In this document: positions 51,544 through 59,672 of the stretch, one piece after another
Layout of the letters: every line of letters starts with the position of its first letter
Position numbering within the stretch: the first letter of the stretch is position 1
Virus record (IMG/VR): IMGVR_UViG_3300025015_000009
Span: 192,001-256,000 of that record
Length of the DNA stretch: 64,000 nucleotides
Source of the DNA: a virus
Lineage: Duplodnaviria > Heunggongvirae > Uroviricota > Caudoviricetes
Direction: 5' to 3' (one strand)
The notes under the pieces: generated by a model
The model's input: the letters and a program-made list of their open reading frames with translations, nothing else
Told to the model about the DNA's origin: nothing
Databases searched by the model: none
Position numbers and translations under genes: made by a program

Positions 51544-52644
51544 TCAGTTGCGATCCGCGAGCACGTATTTCCCGTATTTCGCTTGGAAATCGTTGAAACT
51601 TGGCATCTTCCCTGGAACAAACGGCAGGTTATACACTGTGAGCGCAACTCTGACCGCCATAACTACGAGTTCGGTAGTGAAGTTATTCATCGAGAACTGG
51701 AGGAAGTTATTTGCCATCGTGTGCCACTTTGCTGTGTCTTTCGTCTTGCTCATCTTGTCGTGAGCATCTTTCAACTCGTAACACATTGACGTGACCAACG
51801 AGTACATTGCTGAGATTTCCTTGGTCTTGAGTTCAGTGACCTTTCCCATCAAGATGTCGGTTGGGTTTGGCATTTTCGCAGCCACTTTACGGTGCGCCAT
51901 GAACTTAACAGCGAGACCTTCACCTACTGCACCCGATACCAAATCAACTACTTCGCTGTCTGGAGCATCGTCGTCCAACAGTTGGCTTACAAATTCCCAA
52001 CTGCGCGGTGTAGCAAACGAACGGCTGGGACTGCGCGGATCAAAGTCAAACAGATCGTTTTTTGCGAAGTTCAAATAACCAACTACGTCCTTATGAATCA
52101 TTTGATTCACAGCCCACTCGTTCCAGCTGTCAAAGTCCACACGAAGCTCCAAGTGAACAAAGCGATTCGCCAATGGACTTGGCATACGATATGTCACGCC
52201 CTTGTCGCCGTCGCGATTACCGGCCGCTACAATTACTACATTGTCAGGCAAAACATACTTGCCGATTTGGCGGTTCAAAATAAGTTGATATGCTGCCGCT
52301 TGTACCGCTGGCGCCGCCCCGTTAACTTCATCGAGAAACAGAACAACGATCGGATACTTCTCACACGTATCTGGATCTGGCAAGTCAATCGGCGGAGCCC
52401 AATCCATGATATTTCGCTCCTTGTTGTAATATGGCATGCCGCGTAAGTCAGTTGGCTCCAGGAGAGGAAGTCGCAAGTCGTACAGTTTACCGCCGAGTTC
52501 CTCAGCAATTTGAGCAACGACAGATGATTTACCAGCGCCTGGAGGACCCCATAGCATCAGAGGGCGTTTAATCTTCATACAACGGATAATACCGCGACGT
52601 GCTTCTTTTGTGCTAACTGTGCGATTTGTGGAAATTTCAGCCAT
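51544..52644 (-). CDS. MoxR-like AAA+ ATPase
   Basis: GPPGAGKS Walker A, LFLDE Walker B, AAGNR, PLANRF, TPRSW. Confidence 0.9.
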   Translation of the reverse strand: MAEISTNRTVSTKEARRGIIRCMKIKRPLMLWGPPGAGKSSVVAQIAEELGGKLYDLRLPLLEPTDLRGMPYYNKERNIMDWAPPIDLPDPDTCEKYPIVVLFLDEVNGAAPAVQAAAYQLILNRQIGKYVLPDNVVIVAAGNRDGDKGVTYRMPSPLANRFVHLELRVDFDSWNEWAVNQMIHKDVVGYLNFAKNDLFDFDPRSPSRSFATPRSWEFVSQLLDDDAPDSEVVDLVSGAVGEGLAVKFMAHRKVAAKMPNPTDILMGKVTELKTKEISAMYSLVTSMCYELKDAHDKMSKTKDTAKWHTMANNFLQFSMNNFTTELVVMAVRVALTVYNLPFVPGKMPSFNDFQAKYGKYVLADRN

Positions 52645-52695
52645 TTGCAACTCCTTTTTGTTAATTAAGAAATGTTACTGCATTTGTTAAACAAC

Positions 52696-52724
52696 ATTAT
52701 ATAGTCATTTACCTACTAAGTCAA
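52696..52724 (-). promoter_or_regulatory. sigma70-type promoter
   Basis: TTGACT-17nt-TATAAT. Confidence 0.8.
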
Positions 52725-52731
52725 CCGAAAC

Positions 52732-52848
52732 TTACAAAAATGACAACAACGCAACTAATCCCAATGAAAACAACCCGGTACAGAGAAGTACAATACATGC
52801 CAACAGCGTGTAAGTTTGCAAGTTTTCCTGGTTAATAGTGCGTCGCAT
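52732..52848 (-). CDS. 38-aa single-TM peptide (not in ORF track)
   Basis: MRRTINQENLQTYTLLACIVLLCTGLFSLGLVALLSFL*, with AAGGA Shine-Dalgarno and its own promoter. Confidence 0.55.
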   Translation of the reverse strand: MRRTINQENLQTYTLLACIVLLCTGLFSLGLVALLSFL

Positions 52849-52874
52849 CAGTGCGTTTCCTTATTTAAAAAAGC

Positions 52875-52903
52875 ATTATACAGTCATTTATCTACTATGT
52901 CAA
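52875..52903 (-). promoter_or_regulatory. sigma70-type promoter
   Basis: TTGACA-17nt-TATAAT; spacer similar to the 52696 copy. Confidence 0.85.
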
Positions 52904-52973
52904 CCGAATATATTTAGGCATATTGGAACGCATTGATTTATGTGGATATCAGAATCAGGTGATAAATAATAAT

Positions 52974-54572
52974 ATGATACCTAAGTGTGAAAACCCAACA
53001 TGTAACAACGCAGCCGCCCCCAATTCAACGAACACTGGTTATGTTCGACATTGTTCCAGAGTATGTCGATCGTTTTGTAACTCGTCAAACGGAAAGGAGA
53101 AAAGGAAGTTAACATGTTTAGCAAGATATGGAGCAACGACCAATTTAGTAACCGCTGGCACCAAACATAAGATCAAAGAAACGTGCTTACAGAAATATGG
53201 ATGCGACCATGCAATGAAAGGTGCGACATCTAAGGAGAAGATTAAGAGAAGCAAACTAGAAAAATATGGAGATGAAACATATAACAACCGAGATAAGTTC
53301 AAGTCTACCATTTCTGCATTTAGTCCTGATACAAAAGCCAATATACTCGCTCGACGGAAGAATACTGTAAGTGAGAAGTTTGGTGTAGATCATATTACAC
53401 AATCGTCTGTATTTAAAGAGAAGGCCACAGTTACTAACTTGCAAAAATACGGAGTAAGTAACCCGGCGAAAGCGGCATCAACGAAAAAGAAAATATCAAC
53501 AACTATGCTGACGAAGTTCGGAGCACATTATTCTCAGCAACACATATCACTCGATTCGTTGACTAACCTGTCGTCGGTTCTATATTTAGAGGCACAAAAA
53601 CATAGATCGTTGTTAGATATCAGCAAAGAGTTATCCGTTTCTTACCATACTGTTGGTGCAGCGTACAAGAAATATAATATAGAACGTACATTTGATGGAT
53701 ATAATCAGTCCCAGGCTGAAATCGAGATAGCAGACTACATTCGTTCGCTCGGTTTTACAGTTAAGGCGAACGTCAGAGGTATCATTGGTAATAAGGAAAT
53801 CGACATACTGGTTCAGGAAAAGAATATTGGAATCGAGTACCACGGCTTGTTTTGGCATTGCGAGGCGAGCTCAGGGAAAGATAAACGGTACCATCTTGAC
53901 AAGATGATAGCATGTAAAGAGAAAGGTATTGCGTTAATCCAGATAATAGATTACGAGTGGTTAACTAAACAAGACATCGTTAAATCTCGCATTGCAAATA
54001 AACTTGGGGTAAGCAGTCGAGTTGTATATGGTCGGAGTTGTCAGGTAAGGAATGTTAACTCGGCAGATGCCGCTGCATTTTTAGACGAAACCCATATCCA
54101 AGGGGCATGTACTGCTAGTAGAAGACTGGGGTTGTATGTTGATGACGAATTAGTAGCACTGATGACATTCGGACGTTCTAGATTCGACAAAAAAGTACAA
54201 TGGGAGTTGCTACGGTACTCGGTGTTGTTACATACCAAAGTAATAGGCGGAGCAAGTAAGCTATTTCAGTATTTTGTTAGAACACAAAGCCCAACGTCGA
54301 TTGTTAGTTACTGCGACCTTAGATGGAACACCGGAGTAGTGTATCAGAAGTGTGGATTTACACACATCAAAGATACTGATCCGAATTACTGGTACACCAA
54401 ACAACACATTACGTTTGAGTCAAGGATGGCTTACCAGAAACACAAACTATGCGATAAGTTATTAACGTTCAATCCGGGATTAACCGAGTGGGATAATATG
54501 GTTGCAAATGGGTATGATCGGTTCTGGGATTGTGGTAATTCAGTCTGGCACTATTATTCAGATAAACAGTAA
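52974..54572 (+). CDS. free-standing homing-endonuclease-like protein, paralog of 4142..5752
   Basis: CENPTC..HCSRVC, KETCLQKYG repeats, EIDILVQEKNIGIEYHGLFWH, WELLRY..IGGASKLF..RFWDCG; opposite strand to its neighbours. Confidence 0.7.
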   Translation: MIPKCENPTCNNAAAPNSTNTGYVRHCSRVCRSFCNSSNGKEKRKLTCLARYGATTNLVTAGTKHKIKETCLQKYGCDHAMKGATSKEKIKRSKLEKYGDETYNNRDKFKSTISAFSPDTKANILARRKNTVSEKFGVDHITQSSVFKEKATVTNLQKYGVSNPAKAASTKKKISTTMLTKFGAHYSQQHISLDSLTNLSSVLYLEAQKHRSLLDISKELSVSYHTVGAAYKKYNIERTFDGYNQSQAEIEIADYIRSLGFTVKANVRGIIGNKEIDILVQEKNIGIEYHGLFWHCEASSGKDKRYHLDKMIACKEKGIALIQIIDYEWLTKQDIVKSRIANKLGVSSRVVYGRSCQVRNVNSADAAAFLDETHIQGACTASRRLGLYVDDELVALMTFGRSRFDKKVQWELLRYSVLLHTKVIGGASKLFQYFVRTQSPTSIVSYCDLRWNTGVVYQKCGFTHIKDTDPNYWYTKQHITFESRMAYQKHKLCDKLLTFNPGLTEWDNMVANGYDRFWDCGNSVWHYYSDKQ

Positions 54573-54606
54573 TTATGTTTAGTATCTAGCTAACACGATT
54601 GTCGCA

Positions 54607-55101
54607 TCACTTACTAGGGTCGTTTGATTTTTCTTTTGTAAGTTCAACAACCAACAAGAACTGTTCGTACGCGGCGCGAACAGTATCGTTTTTTAGGGTT
54701 TCAACAGCAGCATCTTGAATTACCTGGAGAACATTCTTGCTTACGTCGTGTATACTGTCTCGCTGTAACGTGTCAAACCTCCGATTGAATAATACTTCGA
54801 CTTGGTCCAATGCCGCTTTCTGTTCAGGCGTAGAGACCAATGGTGTTGGAATACGAAACTTCTCTGCTTCTTGCATAATGTCGATTAGTTTTGGTTGAAG
54901 AATCATAGCAGCAGCAACAAACGGAACCAATGCAGGGTCTACCTTAAATCGACGGGTCCATCCGTTTTCTGTTACATTCTGTAAATGAACGCCCAACGAT
55001 AATCTTTCGCCAGAATCGGGTATATACTTTGCAACCGGAACATATACGTTGCGGCTACCTTTTTTCACTCGCTTATACAGCGTTGTTTCGTCTGTGGTCA
55101 T
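54607..55101 (-). CDS. hypothetical protein
   Basis: 164-aa ORF in the early region. Confidence 0.7.
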   Translation of the reverse strand: MTTDETTLYKRVKKGSRNVYVPVAKYIPDSGERLSLGVHLQNVTENGWTRRFKVDPALVPFVAAAMILQPKLIDIMQEAEKFRIPTPLVSTPEQKAALDQVEVLFNRRFDTLQRDSIHDVSKNVLQVIQDAAVETLKNDTVRAAYEQFLLVVELTKEKSNDPSK

Positions 55102-55107
55102 ATCAAC

Positions 55108-55305
55108 TTACCGTTGTTTGAGTTTTGCTACAGCGGCCATATAAATGGCGCGGCCTTGTTCTTCAGTCTCGGTTTCGATGCATTCTTGACAAGTGTGCCC
55201 GTTTGGGTAAATCGCCACATAAAAAAGATTGTCGTCCTTATATAAGGCAACATACCAGGGCATTGAGAAATCATCTCCGTTAAACCCGGCTTCTGAACAG
55301 ATCAT
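55108..55305 (-). CDS. hypothetical protein
   Basis: AAGGAG Shine-Dalgarno, 65 aa. Confidence 0.65.
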   Translation of the reverse strand: MICSEAGFNGDDFSMPWYVALYKDDNLFYVAIYPNGHTCQECIETETEEQGRAIYMAAVAKLKQR

Positions 55306-55365
55306 TTGGTTACTCCTTGTTAGATTAAACTGTTACTTGCGGGTACAATGCCGTTGCCCGTTACT

Positions 55366-55850
55366 CTACCACTCTTTGGTTCCATCTGCGTATTCAACAG
55401 CGGGACCATCTTCTCTGTGCAATTTGCCGGTGGTATACCACCGTTTGGTTCCATCTGCGTATATAACTGCTGGACCATCTTCTCTGTAACAGTCGCCGTT
55501 GATATACCACTCTTTGGTTCCATCTGCGTATATAACTGCTGGACCATCTTCTCTGTAACAGTCGCCGTTGATATACCACTCTTTGGTTCCATCTGCGTAT
55601 ATAATAGCGGGACCATCTTCTCTGTGCAACTTGCCGATGAGATACCACTCTTTGGTTCCATTTGCGTGGACCACTGCAGGGCCATCTTCTCTGTGCCGTA
55701 GGCCGTTGATATACCACTCTTTGGTTCCATCTGCGTATTCAACAGCGGGACCATCTTCTCTGTGACATTCGCCGTTGATATACCACTCTTTGGTTCCATC
55801 TGCGTGGACCACTGCAGGACCATCTTCTCTGTGACAGTCGCCGTTGACAT
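55366..55850 (-). repeat. 69-bp coding tandem repeat, 7 units
   Basis: CCATCTTCTCTGT recurs every 69 nt from about 55406 to about 55820. Confidence 0.95.
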
Positions 55851-55923
55851 AATAGTATTCGGTGCCGTGCTCGTCAACGACAAATTTTGTTTTAAGTAAA
55901 GAAAGCAGGGATTCGGGGGACAT
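55366..55923 (-). CDS. HREDGPA-repeat (MORN-variant-like) protein, 7 repeats
   Basis: 23-aa units G.(L/C)HREDGPAV.YADGTKEWYIN. Confidence 0.85.
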   Translation of the reverse strand: MSPESLLSLLKTKFVVDEHGTEYYYVNGDCHREDGPAVVHADGTKEWYINGECHREDGPAVEYADGTKEWYINGLRHREDGPAVVHANGTKEWYLIGKLHREDGPAIIYADGTKEWYINGDCYREDGPAVIYADGTKEWYINGDCYREDGPAVIYADGTKRWYTTGKLHREDGPAVEYADGTKEW

Positions 55924-55935
55924 TGTCGTTTTCTG

Positions 55936-56226
55936 CTAATACTTAAACTTAAGAGTAATATGATCCAGGCGGTGTAAAGCGGTGCCAGATTCACTGACCC
56001 GATGCCCGTTGATCCACCACTCTTTGTGCCCGTTATTGTATATAATAGCGGGGCCATCTTCTCTGTGCAATTTGCCGTTGGTGTACCATTGCTTCCCGCC
56101 ATTTGCGTATATAATAGCGGGACCATCTTCTCTGTGCAATTTGCCGTTGATGTAATAGTACTCGGTGCCGTGCTCGTCAATGACAATTTCGGTTTTAAGT
56201 AAAGAAAGTAGGGATTCGGGGGACAT
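55936..56226 (-). CDS. HREDGPA-repeat protein, 2 repeats (paralog of 55366..55923)
   Basis: Same MSPESLLSLLKT...DEHGTEYYY N-terminus with near-identical DNA. Confidence 0.85.
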   Translation of the reverse strand: MSPESLLSLLKTEIVIDEHGTEYYYINGKLHREDGPAIIYANGGKQWYTNGKLHREDGPAIIYNNGHKEWWINGHRVSESGTALHRLDHITLKFKY

Positions 56227-56228
56227 TG

Positions 56229-56384
56229 TCACAGTCCGTTGATAATTATGTACGCCGCAGCAAATACGGTCAGGCCCAAGACAAACTTAATCGTAATGTT
56301 AATCCAGTTTTTGTTTGACCAGATAATGAACATGAATAGAGAGAGTAAACCAGTTGCTGCAACATACCACATAATCAGATCCAT
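56229..56384 (-). CDS. 51-aa two-TM membrane protein (not in ORF track)
   Basis: MDLIMWYVAATGLLSLFMFIIWSNKNWINITIKFVLGLTVFAAAYIIINGL*, AGGAG Shine-Dalgarno. Confidence 0.65.
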   Translation of the reverse strand: MDLIMWYVAATGLLSLFMFIIWSNKNWINITIKFVLGLTVFAAAYIIINGL

Positions 56385-56396
56385 ACTGTTCTCCTG

Positions 56397-56605
56397 TTAA
56401 TTTGACATAGTAACCTGAAAAGTGGCAGAGTTGTGGCAGACAACTGTGAACCTTTGTTTAACTATATAACTAGCTTCGACTAGATATACTCCGTTGTTAT
56501 TTAAGCACAGTTCGGTGGCCCGCTTCCAATGTAGATCGCTCACTGGTACTGGCATACATCCAGTGAGACTAACAAGCAAAAGGTTGCAACAATAGATGTT
56601 TTCAT
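56397..56605 (-). pseudogene. lipoprotein gene with 1-nt frameshift in its signal peptide
   Basis: ATG 56605 (AGGA Shine-Dalgarno) gives MKTSIVATF; the lipobox frame LLVSLTGC is reached only with one more T in the T4 run. Confidence 0.55.
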
Positions 56606-56614
56606 TATAGTTTC

Positions 56615-57001
56615 CTAGTGGTTCATCGTTTCAATGTAGTTCTTACGAATCGCATCGGCTTCGTTAAAATCGAAGTTCCTCCAGGAAAAAGTATACAAGT
56701 CCAGTTTATGCGTTCTGGCCATGCTCGATCCTGGGTATGAACATATTGTAACACACTTGTCGGTAATCTTGGTAATCTTCCCGCAGTAAGACAAGTTATA
56801 CGAATCATATTCAGCTGTGTCACCGATGTTAAATGACGAACCAGCAGTGGTTACTCCCTGTTTTTCGCGGAACACTTGAATACCGGCATATCCGTTAATG
56901 GATACTCCAGTTAGTGCAACTGAATATTCTGTTTGTACGCTTGGTTGTACTACACCACGAATCTTACGGGCTTTGGACATCACACGAGTTAAGTTTGCCA
57001 T
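56615..57001 (-). CDS. early hypothetical protein
   Basis: Start MANLT after GGAG; the ORF-track extension runs through the promoter. Confidence 0.75.
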   Translation of the reverse strand: MANLTRVMSKARKIRGVVQPSVQTEYSVALTGVSINGYAGIQVFREKQGVTTAGSSFNIGDTAEYDSYNLSYCGKITKITDKCVTICSYPGSSMARTHKLDLYTFSWRNFDFNEADAIRKNYIETMNH

Positions 57002-57035
57002 TTTCTCTGTCTCCGTTTTGTTATTCAATGTAGAC

Positions 57036-57063
57036 ATTATACACTCTTTAACCAAAAAGTCAA
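57036..57063 (-). promoter_or_regulatory. early sigma70 promoter cassette
   Basis: TTGACTTTTTGGTTAAAGAGTGTATAAT; leader shared with the 57925 copy. Confidence 0.85.
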
Positions 57064-57163
57064 CCGAAATAAGTCACATGTAAGTCGTTGTTTACTTACA
57101 CATAATATCAGAGAATATCGGTGTTTATTCGATATAAACCGTTGACAGCGTGTGGTATTGTTG

Positions 57164-57367
57164 TTATTTCCATTTAAGTGCAAACATTGTTGCATCTGTT
57201 TCGTTGACAAACCAAAAGTTGTAGGACCATCGATAGTCATCTACCTCCCACTTATCACCAGGATAGCCAACGACCTCATTTAGGTACTCTTCATACATTG
57301 CTATTTTATTAGTTCCGAACTCCGATGAGATGCTGACCGAATACCGGAAATCAAAGCATGTTGACAT
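57164..57367 (-). CDS. small hypothetical protein
   Basis: C-terminal FWFVNETDATMFALKW pattern common in phage early proteins. Confidence 0.65.
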   Translation of the reverse strand: MSTCFDFRYSVSISSEFGTNKIAMYEEYLNEVVGYPGDKWEVDDYRWSYNFWFVNETDATMFALKWK

Positions 57368-57376
57368 GTTTGCTGC

Positions 57377-57607
57377 TCAGTCTGTTAATCTACTGATAAA
57401 GTCGACGCAATTCTTGTCACGGCGCACGGAGTTCTTAAACACAGAAAAAACCGCTCGACCAACTGCGATTTTCATATTGACTTTATTTACTTTAAGGACG
57501 GTGCCAAATACTTTATGTCCGTATTTAGAATGATAGAACACTGACTCGCCAACTTTAATCGGACCAGGCTTCTCGGGTATAACGGTTTCTACGTAGATCG
57601 GTTTCAT
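57377..57607 (-). CDS. small hypothetical protein (SH3/KOW-like)
   Basis: IKVGESVFYH..YG..VFGTVLKVNKVNMKI; AGGA Shine-Dalgarno. Confidence 0.6.
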   Translation of the reverse strand: MKPIYVETVIPEKPGPIKVGESVFYHSKYGHKVFGTVLKVNKVNMKIAVGRAVFSVFKNSVRRDKNCVDFISRLTD

Positions 57608-57611
57608 GTTT

Positions 57612-57893
57612 TTATCCTAGCACTTGTTGACGCCTAATTTGCGTTTGACCGACTTTCGTGTTTGCGTAATCATGCCCAACTGATACGTATACCTGATGGT
57701 CACTAAAAATGTCTGCTTCTCCGGTTTCAACATAATGCATTGCGGCAATACGATGCTTGTCTGGATTGCGTATTTTTCCGAGTCTAATCCCGTCGCCATA
57801 TGGATCATCGAGCCACAAACCAACCTTGGCTGCATCGACGTCAGACAACTGGTTTTTGCGAGCTTTAGTATAAACTGGTGTTGAGTTCGGCAT
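57612..57893 (-). CDS. early hypothetical protein
   Basis: Start MPNST after GGAG, downstream of the promoter at 57925. Confidence 0.7.
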   Translation of the reverse strand: MPNSTPVYTKARKNQLSDVDAAKVGLWLDDPYGDGIRLGKIRNPDKHRIAAMHYVETGEADIFSDHQVYVSVGHDYANTKVGQTQIRRQQVLG

Positions 57894-57924
57894 TTCTGTC
57901 TCCGTTTCGTTACTCAATGTAGAC

Positions 57925-57952
57925 ATTATACACTCTTTAACCAAAAAGTCAA
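57925..57952 (-). promoter_or_regulatory. early sigma70 promoter cassette
   Basis: Identical core to the copies at 42197, 57036 and 61757. Confidence 0.85.
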
Positions 57953-58218
57953 CCGTTTTGTTCCTCTACTGCGGCAAAGGTTACACCACCGTACCCGTTG
58001 GCTGCAGAATTATTTACTGCATTATTCAGGTTGCTGATCAACGACGTAATGGTGGTTGGTTTGCGATTAATCTTAACATTCCCCTTTTCACGAGAATAGC
58101 TCGCGCCGCATTCTAGGGTGTACGCAAACGACTCAACCAGTTCTGAGACTGTGCCATTGAACTCGATAGTGCTGTTATTGCGATGGGTAGTTTTTGTGAT
58201 GCAGAATGTCTTTGCCAT
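57949..58218 (-). CDS. early hypothetical protein
   Basis: AAGGA Shine-Dalgarno, promoter at 58247. Confidence 0.75.
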   Translation of the reverse strand: MAKTFCITKTTHRNNSTIEFNGTVSELVESFAYTLECGASYSREKGNVKINRKPTTITSLISNLNNAVNNSAANGYGGVTFAAVEEQNG

Positions 58219-58246
58219 TTATCGTCTTTCCTTATTTAATAAAAGC

Positions 58247-58275
58247 ATTATAGACTCGTTTAACCAAAAAGTCAA
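58247..58275 (-). promoter_or_regulatory. early sigma70 promoter cassette (variant)
   Basis: TTGACTTTTTGGTTAAACGAGTCTATAAT, 17-nt spacer. Confidence 0.85.
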
Positions 58276-58302
58276 CCGAATATGCCGCTTATAACTCGTT
58301 GA

Positions 58303-58409
58303 TTATGTTACGGTATTCTGCAGAAATGGCATCAAATCATCGGGAATTTCGACTGTGGTACTGAGTTTTGCGGCAACGTAACAGCGCCACTATCTGCTAT
58401 TGTTTTCAT
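58303..58409 (-). pseudogene. internally deleted NinX-like gene remnant
   Basis: ATG 58409 gives MKTIADSG; another frame reads RCYVAAKLSTTVEIPDDL, resembling the NinX-family C-terminus RCYVASKLG..VEIP.EL. Confidence 0.5.
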
Positions 58410-58683
58410 TGTGCGTCAATCCCACACGACCCGTTTTTATTAACCGGCACTGGATTAAATAACGAGAATCCGATAAAGTAAATAGGAGCAATAATAGTTT
58501 GAACCAATAGAACTGACCAAACTACGTTGCCGATCGACACTTCGTAGCAGATCTTGTCACTCTTACTTGTTTGTGAGTTAAAAACTCCGTAGGTCGGGTA
58601 TTCTTTTCCGTTGAATGTTCTCGGTTCCCCACAGCCAGTAACTAGTATTGCTGCTATTAGTATTGCTGATATTGTTTTTTCAT
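58406..58683 (-). pseudogene. lipoprotein/membrane protein gene with 1-nt frameshift after the start codon
   Basis: ATG 58683 overlaps the upstream TGA. ATG plus A6 is out of frame with TISAILIAAILVTGC; A7 would give MKKTISAIL. Confidence 0.55.
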
Positions 58684-59144
58684 TCTTTGCCCTTTCGTTT
58701 AGATGTGCGTATGTCAATATGCTTGATATGTAACCGAAGAAAAGCAACATCTCTAGTGCCGTCTTGTGCTCGCATAACGTAATGTATTTCTTTTCCTGAC
58801 CGGTACCATTTACAGAATTCTGCCCAGGGTTGTTCTTCATCCCTGGCGTCGCCGACCCAATTGTCGACCCACCAGCTGTTTGTATATCCGTCGGTGAACG
58901 TAATAGTAAGGGTATTCTTGACCCCAACTGAAGCAGTAGGCTCGATCGTTGATTCAGTTGCTTTATTTGAGCCAACTAACTCGATGATTTTTTTCATTGC
59001 TACTGTGAATATATTGTCGGTTACTGGAACGAACCCAGGTGGCGTGCTGCTATACTCTGGGTTAACAACTTCGGTTAACACTGGTAAGTCTTGTTCAGAA
59101 ACAAACGGATTCTTGTTAAAGACTGATAAGTTTTGAGTGAACAT
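58680..59144 (-). CDS. early hypothetical protein
   Basis: 154-aa ORF downstream of the promoter at 59173. Confidence 0.65.
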   Translation of the reverse strand: MFTQNLSVFNKNPFVSEQDLPVLTEVVNPEYSSTPPGFVPVTDNIFTVAMKKIIELVGSNKATESTIEPTASVGVKNTLTITFTDGYTNSWWVDNWVGDARDEEQPWAEFCKWYRSGKEIHYVMRAQDGTRDVAFLRLHIKHIDIRTSKRKGKE

Positions 59145-59172
59145 GCTGTTTATCTTTTTACGTAACAGTTAC

Positions 59173-59200
59173 ATTATACACTCTTTTTATTAAATGTCAA
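59173..59200 (-). promoter_or_regulatory. early sigma70 promoter
   Basis: TTGACA-16nt-TATAAT with the same AAAGAGTG spacer end as the cassette. Confidence 0.75.
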
Positions 59201-59460
59201 CCGGTTAAAATCTTAGACACATAGACGAGATTGTTATTGATCCGAGTAGCATGTGGTTCTATTGCCAATGGTGCAGCAAGAGTTTTGCATAACAACCAAT
59301 TGGTATATTCTTGGGCACTGGGGAAATCACCTGTGCTTGTGTCGAAATAGTCTATATAGTAATTCTCCGATCGTATTAGCTCTGCGTACTGTATTGCAGC
59401 AGATTCGTCTAAGAAAAAGGCGTTGTGACCTGGTTGACACTTGTTATATACTATCCACAT
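59197..59460 (-). CDS. MW.VY/WLL.KTL.AP family paralog 7
   Basis: MWIVYNK...EYTNWLLCKTLAAP. Confidence 0.8.
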   Translation of the reverse strand: MWIVYNKCQPGHNAFFLDESAAIQYAELIRSENYYIDYFDTSTGDFPSAQEYTNWLLCKTLAAPLAIEPHATRINNNLVYVSKILTG

Positions 59461-59485
59461 ATTGTTGTTTTATTGATATTCCATC

Positions 59486-59668
59486 TCACCATAACGGCGC
59501 AGCAAGAGTTTTGCATAACAACCATGCATCATACTCTTCTTCGTTTACTTCCTCTACTAAATGGTTACAGGGGTCTAGTAGGTAATTATATCGAAACTCC
59601 TCCGCGTGTAGCTCGTGTTGGAACATGTTGTTCAGATACGGATGAAATTTGTTGTAAACCACCCACAT
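59486..59668 (-). CDS. MW.VY/WLL.KTL.AP family paralog 6
   Basis: MWVVYNK...EEYDAWLLCKTLAAP; GGAG Shine-Dalgarno before ATG 59668. Confidence 0.8.
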   Translation of the reverse strand: MWVVYNKFHPYLNNMFQHELHAEEFRYNYLLDPCNHLVEEVNEEEYDAWLLCKTLAAPLW

Positions 59669-59672
59669 GAAA

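Noticed and set aside
55366-55368. Genome-wide TAG stop reassignment
   Set aside because: Long genes are intact in the standard code and several (gp55-like, gp53-like, 42380 ORF) end properly at TAG.
55366-56160. Regular 69-bp repeats resembling a CRISPR array
   Set aside because: Repeats are in-frame coding units with no unique spacers, and no cas genes are present.
55320-56186. 288-aa alternative-frame ORF and other overlapping ORFs across the repeats
   Set aside because: Shadow frames of the stop-poor HREDGPA repeat.
57002-57944. Shared MVKECIMSTL N-terminus on ORF-track proteins 56615..57055 and 57612..57944 (and MYNV on 42205 and 61765)
   Set aside because: These are translations of the repeated promoter cassette; the true starts lie downstream of it.
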